A DNA stretch of 63,319 nt from Microbacteriaceae bacterium (GCA_947455435.1 CANGNZ010000001.1:1-63319), one strand, 5' to 3'. Shown: positions 9,930 to 19,044, counted from the stretch's first letter. Numbers and translations are program-made. The notes: generated from the sequence alone by a model not told the origin.

Positions 9930-11134
9930 CGAATAAACCTGAACGAAACCAGAGCGACCACAATCGCAAAGGTGCCACCCACCATGTAGGGCGCTCGCAG
10001 ATCGATTTTGGCAACCAATCCACCGATGTATGCACCAATCGGCATGATGCCCCAGACAAGCGTTCTACGGGTGCCGTGAACACGACCGAAAACCTCGTTT
10101 GGGATCAGTGAGTGGTAAACGCTCATGAGCAAAACGTTCCAGCCAGCGATTGTGTAACCAGCACCAACCGACGCAACTATGAAGAAAAAGACATTGGGCG
10201 AGAGTCCCTGGCAAAGTTCAAAAACACTTGTGAGAGTGATCGACCAAGCGAGCACAACACCTCGGCCATATCGTTGCGAAAGCTTTGGCGAAGCCCAGGC
10301 ACCCAACAGGCCGCCCACACCGCCGCTAAGCATGAGCAAACCAAAGAGCGCCTTTGGCACCCCAAGGGTGTGGGTGTCGGTCACAAATAGCACGGCGGTT
10401 GCGCCGGCAATGTTAAACCCGAAACCAATCAACGCTGTCGCGACAACTAGTCGCATGATCCTTTTGTCGTTCCAAAGGTATTGCAGACCCTCGACCAGCT
10501 GGGCCTTAAAACTTGGGCGATCCTCTGCCACCACAAGTTTTGCTATGTGTTTTCTCGGTATGAGCACCAGCATGACCGCGGCGATACTGAACCCGAGGGC
10601 GTCAAGACCAAACGGAAGCGATGCCGAGTAGACGAAGAATGCAGCACCGAGGGGCATGCCTATGAACTGTTGCAAGACTGTGTCGCTCATTTGGAAACGT
10701 GAATTGCCACGTTCAAGTTTTTCTTTTCCAAGGATTGTTGGAATCAAAGATTGCAGTGCGGTGTCGTTGAAAACGTCGGCGGTACCAATCAAAAAAGTCG
10801 CGAGCAACAGGCCATAAATGGTGAGAGTTCCGGTGAAAATCATCGATGCCAAAACGGTAGCGATTAGTGCTCTAACAATTGCGACAGCAACGAGTGTGCG
10901 TCGTCGGTCGATCCTGTCAACGAGTGTTCCGATAGCGATGGCAAAGAACAGCCAAGGAAGCAAATACATCGCGCCCGAAAGTGCGATAAGAACGGTGTCA
11001 TGGGTTAACGAAATAGCTAGCAAAGGTGCTGCAGCAGCCATGAGGCCATCGCCTAATTTTGATGACGAGAAGGCAAACCAGAGCCGGTTAAATGCCGGGC
11101 CTAAAGACTTTGGGTTCGACGTTGAATCACTCAT
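9899..11134 (-). CDS. MFS transporter (MFS_3/EntS-like efflux)
   Basis: LGDG, LPWLFF, GTLVDRIDRRR motif A, about 12 TM. Confidence 0.85.
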   Translation of the reverse strand: MSDSTSNPKSLGPAFNRLWFAFSSSKLGDGLMAAAAPLLAISLTHDTVLIALSGAMYLLPWLFFAIAIGTLVDRIDRRRTLVAVAIVRALIATVLASMIFTGTLTIYGLLLATFLIGTADVFNDTALQSLIPTILGKEKLERGNSRFQMSDTVLQQFIGMPLGAAFFVYSASLPFGLDALGFSIAAVMLVLIPRKHIAKLVVAEDRPSFKAQLVEGLQYLWNDKRIMRLVVATALIGFGFNIAGATAVLFVTDTHTLGVPKALFGLLMLSGGVGGLLGAWASPKLSQRYGRGVVLAWSITLTSVFELCQGLSPNVFFFIVASVGAGYTIAGWNVLLMSVYHSLIPNEVFGRVHGTRRTLVWGIMPIGAYIGGLVAKIDLRAPYMVGGTFAIVVALVSFRFIRQLGNSSDNT

Positions 11135-11152
11135 GAAGTTTCAAGCCTAAAA

Positions 11153-11187
11153 CAAAACGCCCCCTCGATAACCGAAGGGGCGTTTTG
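11153..11187. terminator. Intrinsic terminator of the histone-like gene
   Basis: AAAACGCCCC(T)CG-loop-CGAAGGGGCGTTTT hairpin flanked by A and T tracts. Confidence 0.8.
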
Positions 11188-11197
11188 AATAAAGTCT

Positions 11198-11725
11198 TTA
11201 CTTCTTTGGGGCTGGCTTCTTTGCAGCTGGCTTCTTAGCGGCAGGCTTAGCAGCAGCCTTAGGAGCAACCTTCTTGGCGGCAGGCTTAGCAGCAGCCTTA
11301 GGAGCAACCTTCTTGGCAGCAGGCTTCTTAGCAGCTGGCTTTGCGGCTGGCTTCTTAGCGGCAGGCTTAGCAGCAGCCTTAGGAGCAGCCTTCTTTGCTA
11401 CAGAGTCGGTTGCCTTTACAGCAGCAGCGGTAGCGGTCTTGGTGGTCTTTACGACAGCCTTCGCGCCCTTCTCAACGGCCTTGTCAACAACCTTGGCAGT
11501 CGAAGCAGTCTTCGCAGCGGCAACCTTGGTGGTCTTCGCTACGGTCTTCTTGACGTCCTTGGTGGTCTTTGCAACGGTCTTCTTGACGTCCTTCTGGACG
11601 TCCTTAACCTCAACGGCAACGTCTTCGACGATGTCCTCGACGGCAGACTTTGCAGCTGCTCCGGCAGCCTTCAGGCTCTTTTCGTTGTTCTTAAGAACTT
11701 TCTTTACGCGATCAAAAATGCTCAC
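11198..11725 (-). CDS. Lys/Ala-rich histone H1-like protein (AAKKP/AAKP repeats)
   Basis: Basic low-complexity protein with repeated KPAAKK; AGGAG SD before the GTG start, upstream TAAACT -10, own terminator. Confidence 0.75.
   Translation of the reverse strand: MSIFDRVKKVLKNNEKSLKAAGAAAKSAVEDIVEDVAVEVKDVQKDVKKTVAKTTKDVKKTVAKTTKVAAAKTASTAKVVDKAVEKGAKAVVKTTKTATAAAVKATDSVAKKAAPKAAAKPAAKKPAAKPAAKKPAAKKVAPKAAAKPAAKKVAPKAAAKPAAKKPAAKKPAPKK
11221..11396. repeat. Coding tandem repeats (39-bp unit) in the histone-like gene
   Basis: GCGGCAGGCTTAGCAGCAGCCTTAGGAGCAACCTTCTTG at 11238 and 11277, near copy at 11358. Confidence 0.85.
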
Positions 11726-11783
11726 AATAACTCCTACAAAATTCGGGGGTGGGTTTGTTCCTTATGAGTTTAGCGGAATGCGT

Positions 11784-12374
11784 TTAGTTGGCGCGTCTGC
11801 GTCGAAGTATTTCATCAAGTGTTTTGCTGTCGAGTTCGCCAGGAAATTCGATATTCACCACATCTGCGAGGGTTGGGTTCTCAAGAGTTCCGACCTTGCT
11901 GCGATAAACCTGCTCGGGCAATTCGTTTGGTCGCCAAGTGTTGTCTTCAACCCAGTCAACTTCTTCGGCACGTTCACCAACACGATCGGTCAAACCCGGA
12001 CCTATTTTGTTTCGGCGGCTTGAGCCGGCCAATAAAGCTTTTGAGATTCTTGCATTGGCGGCTCGCGATGCCAAAGTGAAACTAGCGATTGCAGCTACGC
12101 TCACTCCAGCACCAAGAGTGGACCCTTGAAAAACAGAGACTATTGCTGCAACAACCGAAAGCACGGCAGCCCACAAGAAGACTCGCTTCAATTGTTTTGC
12201 GGCGGAAACCTGCGGGGACGACGCGGTGGCAATCTTGTTTCGGCGCTCTCGGCGCTCGTTGGCACCTTCAACTTTTTCGCCTTTACGTTTGTTCATCGAA
12301 GGCAAAAAAACAATGAACCAGACCGCAGCGAGTGCGACCAACATTAGGCCGCCGGATCCCGCTGAGAAGTTCAT
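11784..12374 (-). CDS. Membrane protein, GlpR/SepX-like
   Basis: N-terminal TM, two central TMs, WRPNELP..YRSK motif, LDEILRRRRA C-terminus; sits after the RimJ-like GNAT as GlpR/SepX does. Confidence 0.55.
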   Translation of the reverse strand: MNFSAGSGGLMLVALAAVWFIVFLPSMNKRKGEKVEGANERRERRNKIATASSPQVSAAKQLKRVFLWAAVLSVVAAIVSVFQGSTLGAGVSVAAIASFTLASRAANARISKALLAGSSRRNKIGPGLTDRVGERAEEVDWVEDNTWRPNELPEQVYRSKVGTLENPTLADVVNIEFPGELDSKTLDEILRRRRAN

Positions 12375-12406
12375 ACCCTCAACGATATGAGACGAGTCTT
12401 TAACGA

Positions 12407-13057
12407 CTACTCATTGAATGGGGTGTGTTCGTTTTTTGTGACCTTCAACGAATGCCAGGGGTAGTTCAGCTTGGGTACTTTGTTGTGTTGCCATCGGTTC
12501 AAAATGCCTTCGCCAACCTCTTCGCTGGTCAGCGCAAAAACGTAGTGGTCACGCCAAGAACCGTTGATGTGAATGAAGCGTTCCTTCAAACCTTCAAACC
12601 TGAAACCAAGTTTTTCGACGACCCGGAGCGAAGCCTGGTTCTCTGGTCGAATGTCGATCTCGACTCGATGGAGTCCAACATTGCTGAACAAATAGTCGGT
12701 GACTAGCGCAACGGCGGTCGGTGTTACTCCCCTACCGGCCACCTCGGGAGCAATCCAGTAACCTAAGGTCGCGCTTGAGACCGAGCCATAAAGCATGTTC
12801 GAGACGTTAAGCTGGCCAACAATTTGGCCATCTACTTCAATTACAAAAGGCAAGCCCTCGTGACGTTCAAGTTGCTTGAGAAGCCCACGCACCATCGACT
12901 TGATGTCGAAAGAAGATGGCCCATTGGGCGAAGTCGCCTCCCAGGGGCGCAGCCAGGAGCGGTTGCCCAGGATCAAAGACTCGAGGCGTTTAACGTCGCG
13001 CATGCGAACGACGCGCAGACGAGTCTGGCCGTGTGAGAGAGCAAACGTTAAGGGCAC
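12407..13057 (-). CDS. RimJ/RimL-like GNAT N-acetyltransferase
   Basis: WLRPWEAT, GYWI, AGRGV, LHRVEIDIRPENQASLRVVEKLGFRFEG; start trimmed to a GTG 7 nt after TAATCT. Confidence 0.88.
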   Translation of the reverse strand: MPLTFALSHGQTRLRVVRMRDVKRLESLILGNRSWLRPWEATSPNGPSSFDIKSMVRGLLKQLERHEGLPFVIEVDGQIVGQLNVSNMLYGSVSSATLGYWIAPEVAGRGVTPTAVALVTDYLFSNVGLHRVEIDIRPENQASLRVVEKLGFRFEGLKERFIHINGSWRDHYVFALTSEEVGEGILNRWQHNKVPKLNYPWHSLKVTKNEHTPFNE

Positions 13058-13075
13058 GATGGCAAGATTAGTCGC

Positions 13076-13585
13076 ATGATGAATAGCCCGCTGCACGAAC
13101 GCAAGATTGCCTTGCGCAAGCAGGTGCGCGAAGGGCGAAAGCTTGGGTTCGATTGTGGCGAAGCCCACTCGATTAGGTTGATCGAACTAATAGTAAAGAA
13201 AGGCTTTGACTGCGTCTCGGCCTATGAAGAGTTCGATAACGAACCGTCACTTGCGGGGTTGCGTGAGTGGTGTGCGATGAACGGAGTCGAAGTCCTGCTG
13301 CCAACCATGGCAAACGAAACTGAGCTCACCTGGAGTGGCAATCAACCGCTCTCGTCGGCACAACTCATCATCATGCCAGCTCTGGCAGCTGGGCGCGACG
13401 GAGGCCGACTCGGCCGAGGCAAGGGGTACTACGACCGTGCCGTCGCTGATTTGAGAGCCCCTCGCGTTGTCGTCGTCCACGATTCAGAGGTTTTTGATTC
13501 GGTTCCGACCGAACCATTCGATGAAAAGGTTTCGATGATAGTCACCTGCAGCGAATGCGTCTCAGTCGACGGGCGCTTAAACTAG
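13076..13585 (+). CDS. 5-formyltetrahydrofolate cyclo-ligase
   Basis: IMPALAAGRDGGRLGRGKGYYDR, VPTEPFD. Confidence 0.88.
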   Translation: MMNSPLHERKIALRKQVREGRKLGFDCGEAHSIRLIELIVKKGFDCVSAYEEFDNEPSLAGLREWCAMNGVEVLLPTMANETELTWSGNQPLSSAQLIIMPALAAGRDGGRLGRGKGYYDRAVADLRAPRVVVVHDSEVFDSVPTEPFDEKVSMIVTCSECVSVDGRLN

Positions 13586-13589
13586 ACGT

Positions 13590-13781
13590 ATGCCAACCTA
13601 CTCATACGTCTGCAAGAAATGCGATCACGCATTCGAAACCCAGCAGTCGATTCACGACGAGGCGCTCAAAGAGTGCCCGGAATGCAAGGGTGAACTGCGC
13701 AAGGTTTTTGGTCAAGTCGGCGTGACATTCAAAGGCAGCGGTTTTTACCGCACAGACAACGCGAGCCCAAAAAGCGACTAA
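13590..13781 (+). CDS. FmdB family zinc-ribbon protein
   Basis: MPTYSYVCKKC...CPEC...FKGSGFYRTD. Confidence 0.92.
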   Translation: MPTYSYVCKKCDHAFETQQSIHDEALKECPECKGELRKVFGQVGVTFKGSGFYRTDNASPKSD

Positions 13782-16700
13782 CCCCAGTGCGGCGGCTTGT
13801 CGTCTCTAAGCCTGCGATCATTGCTTGAACCCGAATCTCCCCAGCCCAGATCTAAGTCATCTTTAGCACGAACATCAAACAACGGAGGCTGACTCTTTGA
13901 AAGTGGCATGCCCACGGCTATGGCGATTCGAAGAGCTAAGGTTTGCGGGTCACTAAACAGTTCAAAACTGTGGACGCGAATCAATTGCCAACCCATCGCC
14001 TCAAGGAGCGCTGGGTGAAGACGTAGCCGTTCAACGAGTGGTTGCTGCAGTTGCATCCAGTCAGCCTGAATGACACCCGCCTTGTTTCCGTAACTGATGA
14101 CCAGCGGGAGATTTTCTGAAAAACCAAGCGTCACGCGTGCGCCAAGTTTTCTCAAACGAAGCGCAAGATCGGTCAGCATCGGGTCGACGATTTCATCAGA
14201 GTCGGTTACCGCCTCAGGCATGATGTGCGAAAAAACATCATTCAGCAGGTTTGCCAAAGGCCAGTCCGAAGGCAGCGAAGCGAGTGCTGTTACCACGGCG
14301 ATCTTCGAGCGCGCACTCACCAAAAGGTTTGCGATGAACTTGCGCGCAAATGGGTGAGCCAACAGTTCTGGGGCCTTATCGAGACCCAGGCTAAAGATCA
14401 CAACGTCAGCGATTCGATGTGAGAGCTCTGCAACCGTGGCGACCTCGAACTTTTCACGCCCGTGCGAGTCAAAAAACTCTTCGAGTTCGGGGCGCTCAAC
14501 CGTTTTTGCCTGAAGCTCCGACCTGAGCCGTTCGGCAAAATCAGCCGAGAGAGTGCCAACCAACAGTGACTTCTCAGGCGACTTCGACGCGTGATCCAAA
14601 ACCATTGCGATCGTCTTGTCCAATTCGGCATCGAGCGTGCGGGCGTTGAAAAGAGCAAAATTTGAGTCGCCGAGGTACTCACTTGCAGTAGCTTCGAAAC
14701 CGATTCGGTTTTGATAAAACTCTCGGTTGATTAGACGACCCAACGATTGGCCATTTGGTCGCCAAGACCGGCGCAGCGTTTGACCACCAAAAGTTTCGCG
14801 AACTACTTCGAAAATCGATCTGTCACTCGCTTCTAGCTCAACCGAAAGCTCATTGCATTCAAGTTCAAACCCGAAAGGGGATGCAATCGCATCGTCGCCG
14901 AAGGCAATTACCTGGCTGGCTCGGGTTAGTGCCGCAAGATTTTCGGCCAAGTTTGTACCGGCGGCGTCCAACACAATCACTGCGTCGAATTTAGCGTTCC
15001 CAACCACCGCGGGAACCTCGTATGGCGAAGCAAAAACGACCGAGGTCAGGACGTCTGCGATCTTGGGAGCGACCTCGGCAACTTCGGTCACACTGGCTGA
15101 TCTAGTGCGAAGCAAATTTTTCAAGGCGGCGGCCTCGGCAGGATTTTCGCTAAGCGCCGAATGCCAGGTGGCAGCCTGCTTAGCCGCCAATTGGCTAGCG
15201 CCAACGGCAACCAGCTCAACGTCGGCGTCTTTGAATTCGGACTCGAGAACCTCAATACGCTCGGCAGTGAAACCAAGAATTCTAGAATCCTTTGCCACCG
15301 CAAATTCGAGGGCGCTCTGCCAAAAAACCTGATCGAACTCCACGGCTATGTGCTCACGCCTCACGTGAAGGCGAGCAAAATCTCTGGCCACATCGCCAAG
15401 CCCAAGCTCGCGCAGTTGCGCAACGACTTCGGCTCGCTCAGCGAAGTTCTTAAGGGGCAGCAAGTCTTCTGCAAGTTTCTGGAGCGCCTGGCCGAGGTCT
15501 CGAAGCGGCAACTTGACCAACGGCGTTGCCTCAGAGCTCGAATCGAGATGAGCCTGAATCATGGCGAGATCGGTTGTGAAAGCCTGATACTTCACTTGCA
15601 AGTCACTCACACCAGAGTTCACATGCGGGCTCGATGGCGTGGCCACACTGGCGTCCCAGCTGATTTTCTGCGCTTGAATTTCTTCGAGCGCCACGTGAAG
15701 ATCGGCGACATGCATTCCTGGGCGCAGGTATTCCTTTGCAAGCTTTCGAAGCCTTCTACGATCGCTGCCAGAAAGCTCTGATCTAGCCGTCCTAGGTCCG
15801 GTTGCGGCTACCAGAGGCGCAAGGTCGCGCTCATAAACATCTTCAACGAAACGGTCCAAGGTCAAGCGAATGCCGGCTGCGAGCTGGAGGTATGTGCCCC
15901 AATCCTCAAACTTGCTGGCTGGCTTTAGACCCAGTTTTGCCACAAATGAATCCATCGACTCGCTCAGGTCGACAAAGTTTGCCGAAAGTTTTTTTGCCAA
16001 ATCCGCAGTGTCTTGAACCTCATCGGCGTTTGAGAAACGGGCGCCAAACCAAGGTGTGTCTTGAGGGCCGTAGTTGAACTCGCCAAGTTCAAAGGCCTTA
16101 TTCAGCAACTCAATGGCGCGGCCGTTTTCTTTGTGCTGCAGAAGCTTTGACTTCGAGATTCGCGCAGAGCTGGTTGGCGCGTGAGGCATCAAACTGAGAC
16201 TGGCTAGATTCGAAAGAATGCGTTCGATTGAGACACCGAGCGAATCATTTACGGCAGTGAGAACACCGAAGTACTCTTCAATTCCCTGCATCGCCTTGGT
16301 GCGCTTGGCAACGGCCTCGGCAAGTGCGACTGGGTTGGCTTTCTCATGCCTCGAGATTGCAGCCACAAGATCAAACCAAACCGCCGAAGAACGAACTCCA
16401 AGCCCACCTAGGCCAATGGCAGAAAGTCGATCTGCAAGTTCATTTAGTGTCTGGCGCCTTGGAGTGACAACCAAAACGCGACGTTCGGCGAGAGCTAAGT
16501 TCGCCAGAGTGTTGACAACGGTTTGGGTGTAACCGCAACCAGGCAGGGTTTCAACTGAGAACGAGTCACCGGCAACGGCACGTTGCACAACTCGCTCCTG
16601 CACCGAATCAGCATCGACAACCAACTGGATTGCTGGGTACTCGACTGCCGCTGCGCCCGGCTGATCCAAACCGCCCAATATTCGAAGCAAAGGTTGGTCA

Positions 16701-17341
16701 CCGCGTGGCAAATCGTTTTGTAGCAGCAGTGGTTCGACACCGAAGTTCGATATGACGAGAAGGCGCTTGGTTTCGAGATTGGCATCCTCACCAACTTGGG
16801 TGGCAATGAATTCAAGGAGCGACACCGGGAGCAACTCGTGCGCTTCTTCAACTATTGCTAGCAGCCTGCTGGCTTCGATTCTCACCCCGTAACTAACTTC
16901 GAGAGCGGTGATCAAACCTGGATTAACCAAGGGTTTGCCGACCATGGCAACCTCAAAGTCTTCAACTTTTCGTCGAAGTTCAATCGGCCAAAGAAGAATC
17001 GGCAAGGTTAGGTCGAAGCCGTCATGCACCAGACCGACCAGGCCTCCGGCTAGGTAAACAGTGTTTATGCCTGCATTTTGCTGCAATTTTGCGCCACGTT
17101 CAGCAATGCGCCGAGCTGCGGCAATGCCCTTAGAAAAGGTCAGTGGTTCTCTGAACAGGCTTGAAAGCGTTGTCGACTTGGACGAGACGAACTGGGCTAA
17201 GCCACCCGGGTGGCCCTTTTCGAGGTCGAGTTGACCAAAAGTATTTGGCTCAAAGTTGAGCAGTGGGTTAGCGCCACCAATCGCGCGAATTTCATCGGCC
17301 CAGATACCCAGTTGGCCAGATGTTTCAAGCGTTTCACTCAC
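13778..17341 (-). CDS. Large DUF4011/SF1 helicase-like protein with C-terminal Vsr/MTES_1575-like domain (degenerate motifs)
   Basis: N-terminal NPLLNF and PILLWPIEL (DUF4011-like); DADSVQ..LPGCGYTQT (eroded Walker A); FDAVIVLDA (eroded Walker B); LEAMGWQLIRVHSFELFSDP. Confidence 0.7.
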   Translation of the reverse strand: MSETLETSGQLGIWADEIRAIGGANPLLNFEPNTFGQLDLEKGHPGGLAQFVSSKSTTLSSLFREPLTFSKGIAAARRIAERGAKLQQNAGINTVYLAGGLVGLVHDGFDLTLPILLWPIELRRKVEDFEVAMVGKPLVNPGLITALEVSYGVRIEASRLLAIVEEAHELLPVSLLEFIATQVGEDANLETKRLLVISNFGVEPLLLQNDLPRGDQPLLRILGGLDQPGAAAVEYPAIQLVVDADSVQERVVQRAVAGDSFSVETLPGCGYTQTVVNTLANLALAERRVLVVTPRRQTLNELADRLSAIGLGGLGVRSSAVWFDLVAAISRHEKANPVALAEAVAKRTKAMQGIEEYFGVLTAVNDSLGVSIERILSNLASLSLMPHAPTSSARISKSKLLQHKENGRAIELLNKAFELGEFNYGPQDTPWFGARFSNADEVQDTADLAKKLSANFVDLSESMDSFVAKLGLKPASKFEDWGTYLQLAAGIRLTLDRFVEDVYERDLAPLVAATGPRTARSELSGSDRRRLRKLAKEYLRPGMHVADLHVALEEIQAQKISWDASVATPSSPHVNSGVSDLQVKYQAFTTDLAMIQAHLDSSSEATPLVKLPLRDLGQALQKLAEDLLPLKNFAERAEVVAQLRELGLGDVARDFARLHVRREHIAVEFDQVFWQSALEFAVAKDSRILGFTAERIEVLESEFKDADVELVAVGASQLAAKQAATWHSALSENPAEAAALKNLLRTRSASVTEVAEVAPKIADVLTSVVFASPYEVPAVVGNAKFDAVIVLDAAGTNLAENLAALTRASQVIAFGDDAIASPFGFELECNELSVELEASDRSIFEVVRETFGGQTLRRSWRPNGQSLGRLINREFYQNRIGFEATASEYLGDSNFALFNARTLDAELDKTIAMVLDHASKSPEKSLLVGTLSADFAERLRSELQAKTVERPELEEFFDSHGREKFEVATVAELSHRIADVVIFSLGLDKAPELLAHPFARKFIANLLVSARSKIAVVTALASLPSDWPLANLLNDVFSHIMPEAVTDSDEIVDPMLTDLALRLRKLGARVTLGFSENLPLVISYGNKAGVIQADWMQLQQPLVERLRLHPALLEAMGWQLIRVHSFELFSDPQTLALRIAIAVGMPLSKSQPPLFDVRAKDDLDLGWGDSGSSNDRRLRDDKPPHWG

Positions 17342-17419
17342 AGGTCAAGACTAACTTCGGGTCGCTTCTAACCCTCGTAAGGCAAGGCCAAAAGCCTTCG
17401 CGGTATTATTTGGAGACAA

Positions 17420-17491
17420 GCCCTCGTAGCTCAGTGGATAGAGCAGTGGTTTCCTAAACCATGTGCGGAAGTTCGATTCTTCTCGGGGGCA
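17420..17491 (+). tRNA. tRNA-Arg(CCT)
   Basis: Cloverleaf GCCCTCG...GTGGT-TTCCTAA-ACCAT...GTTCGATT...CGGGGGCA; CCA not encoded. Confidence 0.93.
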
Positions 17492-17496
17492 CAGGA

Positions 17497-17991
17497 TTAC
17501 GCCGCCTCGAGAAAATCAATCCACTCTGGGTCAACCGTGTCGGCCCCTCGAATGGCCCATGCCATACCGCTCGGCATCTTTGGCGCAAACGAAAGAGACC
17601 AACCGAGTTCTTGCAAGGTTTTATCGCCTTTGATGTTGTTGCATTTTAGGCAGCATGCTACGAGGTTCTCCCAGACGTCCTTGCCCCCGCGAGACTTTGG
17701 CTGCACGTGATCAATGGTGTTTGCCGAACGTCCACAGTAGGCGCAAAGGTTCGAATCTCTGCGCAAAACCCCCCTACGACTCAACGGGATTTGGCGAGAA
17801 TGCGGGACGCGAACATAACGGCTCAGCAAGATCACCCGAGGTAATTCGTAGCTTCCGCGAGCCGAGTGAACCAGGTGCTCAGAGGCGCCCGCAAGCACAG
17901 TGGCTTTTTGGTTGAGAACCAGGATCAGCGCACGTTTGAACGAGACCACGCCCAATGGTTCGTAGCCGGCGTTCAAGACAAGTGTTCGCAT
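17497..17991 (-). CDS. HNH endonuclease
   Basis: MRTLVLNAGYEPL, CAYCG, TIDHVQPKSRGG, NLVACCLKCNNIKG; SD GAGGGG before the ATG. Confidence 0.92.
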   Translation of the reverse strand: MRTLVLNAGYEPLGVVSFKRALILVLNQKATVLAGASEHLVHSARGSYELPRVILLSRYVRVPHSRQIPLSRRGVLRRDSNLCAYCGRSANTIDHVQPKSRGGKDVWENLVACCLKCNNIKGDKTLQELGWSLSFAPKMPSGMAWAIRGADTVDPEWIDFLEAA

Positions 17992-17999
17992 GTGTCCCC

Positions 18000-18047
18000 T
18001 CAAACAAAAAAACGCGCCGTCACATTGACGCCGCGCTTAGCTTGCAT
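18000..18047 (-). CDS. Putative leaderless leader peptide (uORF) MQAKRGVNVTARFFV upstream of HNH
   Basis: TAACCT -10 exactly 6 nt before the ATG; 15 codons; TGA stop overlaps the HNH SD. Confidence 0.45.
   Translation of the reverse strand: MQAKRGVNVTARFFV
18006..18038 (-). terminator. Intrinsic terminator/attenuator inside the HNH leader
   Basis: Minus strand AGCGCGGCGTCA-ATG-TGACGGCGCG followed by T7; stem has one G-G mismatch. Confidence 0.65.
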
Positions 18048-18085
18048 GACTTTAGGTTATGCCCGCTAACCAAATCCTGGGTAGC

Positions 18086-18116
18086 AAAACACCAATCGCT
18101 TTATTGCGATTTGGTT
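18086..18116 (-). terminator. Terminator of the NlpC/P60 gene
   Basis: Minus strand ACCAAATCGC-AATAAA-GCGATTGGT-GTTTT overlapping the stop codon. Confidence 0.6.
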
Positions 18117-19044
18117 AACGACCGATGATTCGAATCAGGTGAAAGTCCGGGCTGAAGATAGGCGCTAGCTTCACAGCGTCGCCTCGACGAGGCGCGTGGT
18201 AGAACTGACCGTTGCCCGCGTAAATGCCATCGTGGCTGAGGTTATTGAACACCACGATATCTCCCGGGCGCCCATCTTCGTAGTTGACGCGAACGGCAAG
18301 TCCCATCTGAACCATGTAATCCTGACCCGTTACCGAGTGGTGCATCGGAATACCAAATTGCGAGAACACGTACTTCACAAAACCTGAACAGTCGAAACCC
18401 CGAGGGTTTTCGCCGCCGAACACGTATGGAGTACCCACATATTGTGCAGCTACCTTCATTATGAGGTCGGGGTCAAGTTTCGGATACTTCGGGTTTGCGA
18501 TCCAGTCGTCTGCTGTCGGGCCATTCCACTTGATGTATTCGCGAATGGTCTTGGCATAAATAATCGCTGATGCACTGCCGGATTTATAGGTGGCCTGCGT
18601 CGAAACGAAGGTCGCTTTGACCAGGGCTCCCACCGTGAAGTTTTGGGTCGGCTGGCCGTCGGTGAAATCACCTGCGGTTGCCGTTGTTAGAGCTGCTTGA
18701 GCAGCGATGTCTGGGCTAAATGCGTATGAAGGCAAACCAAACGAGGTTACGATTCCGGCTGCTACAGCCATTGTCGCGTAGCTAGCTAGTTTGCGCTTGA
18801 ACAGGTTTTGCTTAGGTGCACGGCGCACAAGGTGGTTGCCAGAACTTGGGGTATCGATGGTAGGGGCAAGTTCTTCGGCGAGCATTAGCTCAACGAGCTG
18901 TTCTTGCTTGGCGGCCTTGATGGCGGCACGGCGCTGTTTAGCGCTTAGCCGCTCAGACACGTCACGACGACTACGCAACTCGAATTGTTCGAGGATGCTC
19001 ACTTGAACATCTGCGCGGCGTCTACCACTTGGCTTTTTGGCCAA
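18115..19044 (-). CDS. NlpC/P60 (C40) peptidoglycan endopeptidase, membrane-anchored
   Basis: YVGTPYVFGG, GFDCSGFV, PGDIVVF, HDGIY; basic N-terminus plus TM; GGAGG SD before TTG. Confidence 0.9.
   Translation of the reverse strand: MAKKPSGRRRADVQVSILEQFELRSRRDVSERLSAKQRRAAIKAAKQEQLVELMLAEELAPTIDTPSSGNHLVRRAPKQNLFKRKLASYATMAVAAGIVTSFGLPSYAFSPDIAAQAALTTATAGDFTDGQPTQNFTVGALVKATFVSTQATYKSGSASAIIYAKTIREYIKWNGPTADDWIANPKYPKLDPDLIMKVAAQYVGTPYVFGGENPRGFDCSGFVKYVFSQFGIPMHHSVTGQDYMVQMGLAVRVNYEDGRPGDIVVFNNLSHDGIYAGNGQFYHAPRRGDAVKLAPIFSPDFHLIRIIGR

Noticed and set aside
11221-11396. Repeats as a possible CRISPR array
   Set aside because: In-frame coding repeats without unique spacers; no cas genes in the window
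11274-12023. 249-aa + strand ORF with Ala/Phe/Leu repeats
   Set aside because: Antisense shadow of the low-complexity histone-like gene; SD, promoter and terminator support the minus-strand gene
17420-17991. HNH beside tRNA-Arg as a mobile or homing element
   Set aside because: No integrase, att duplication or intron; it looks like the conserved chromosomal actinobacterial HNH family
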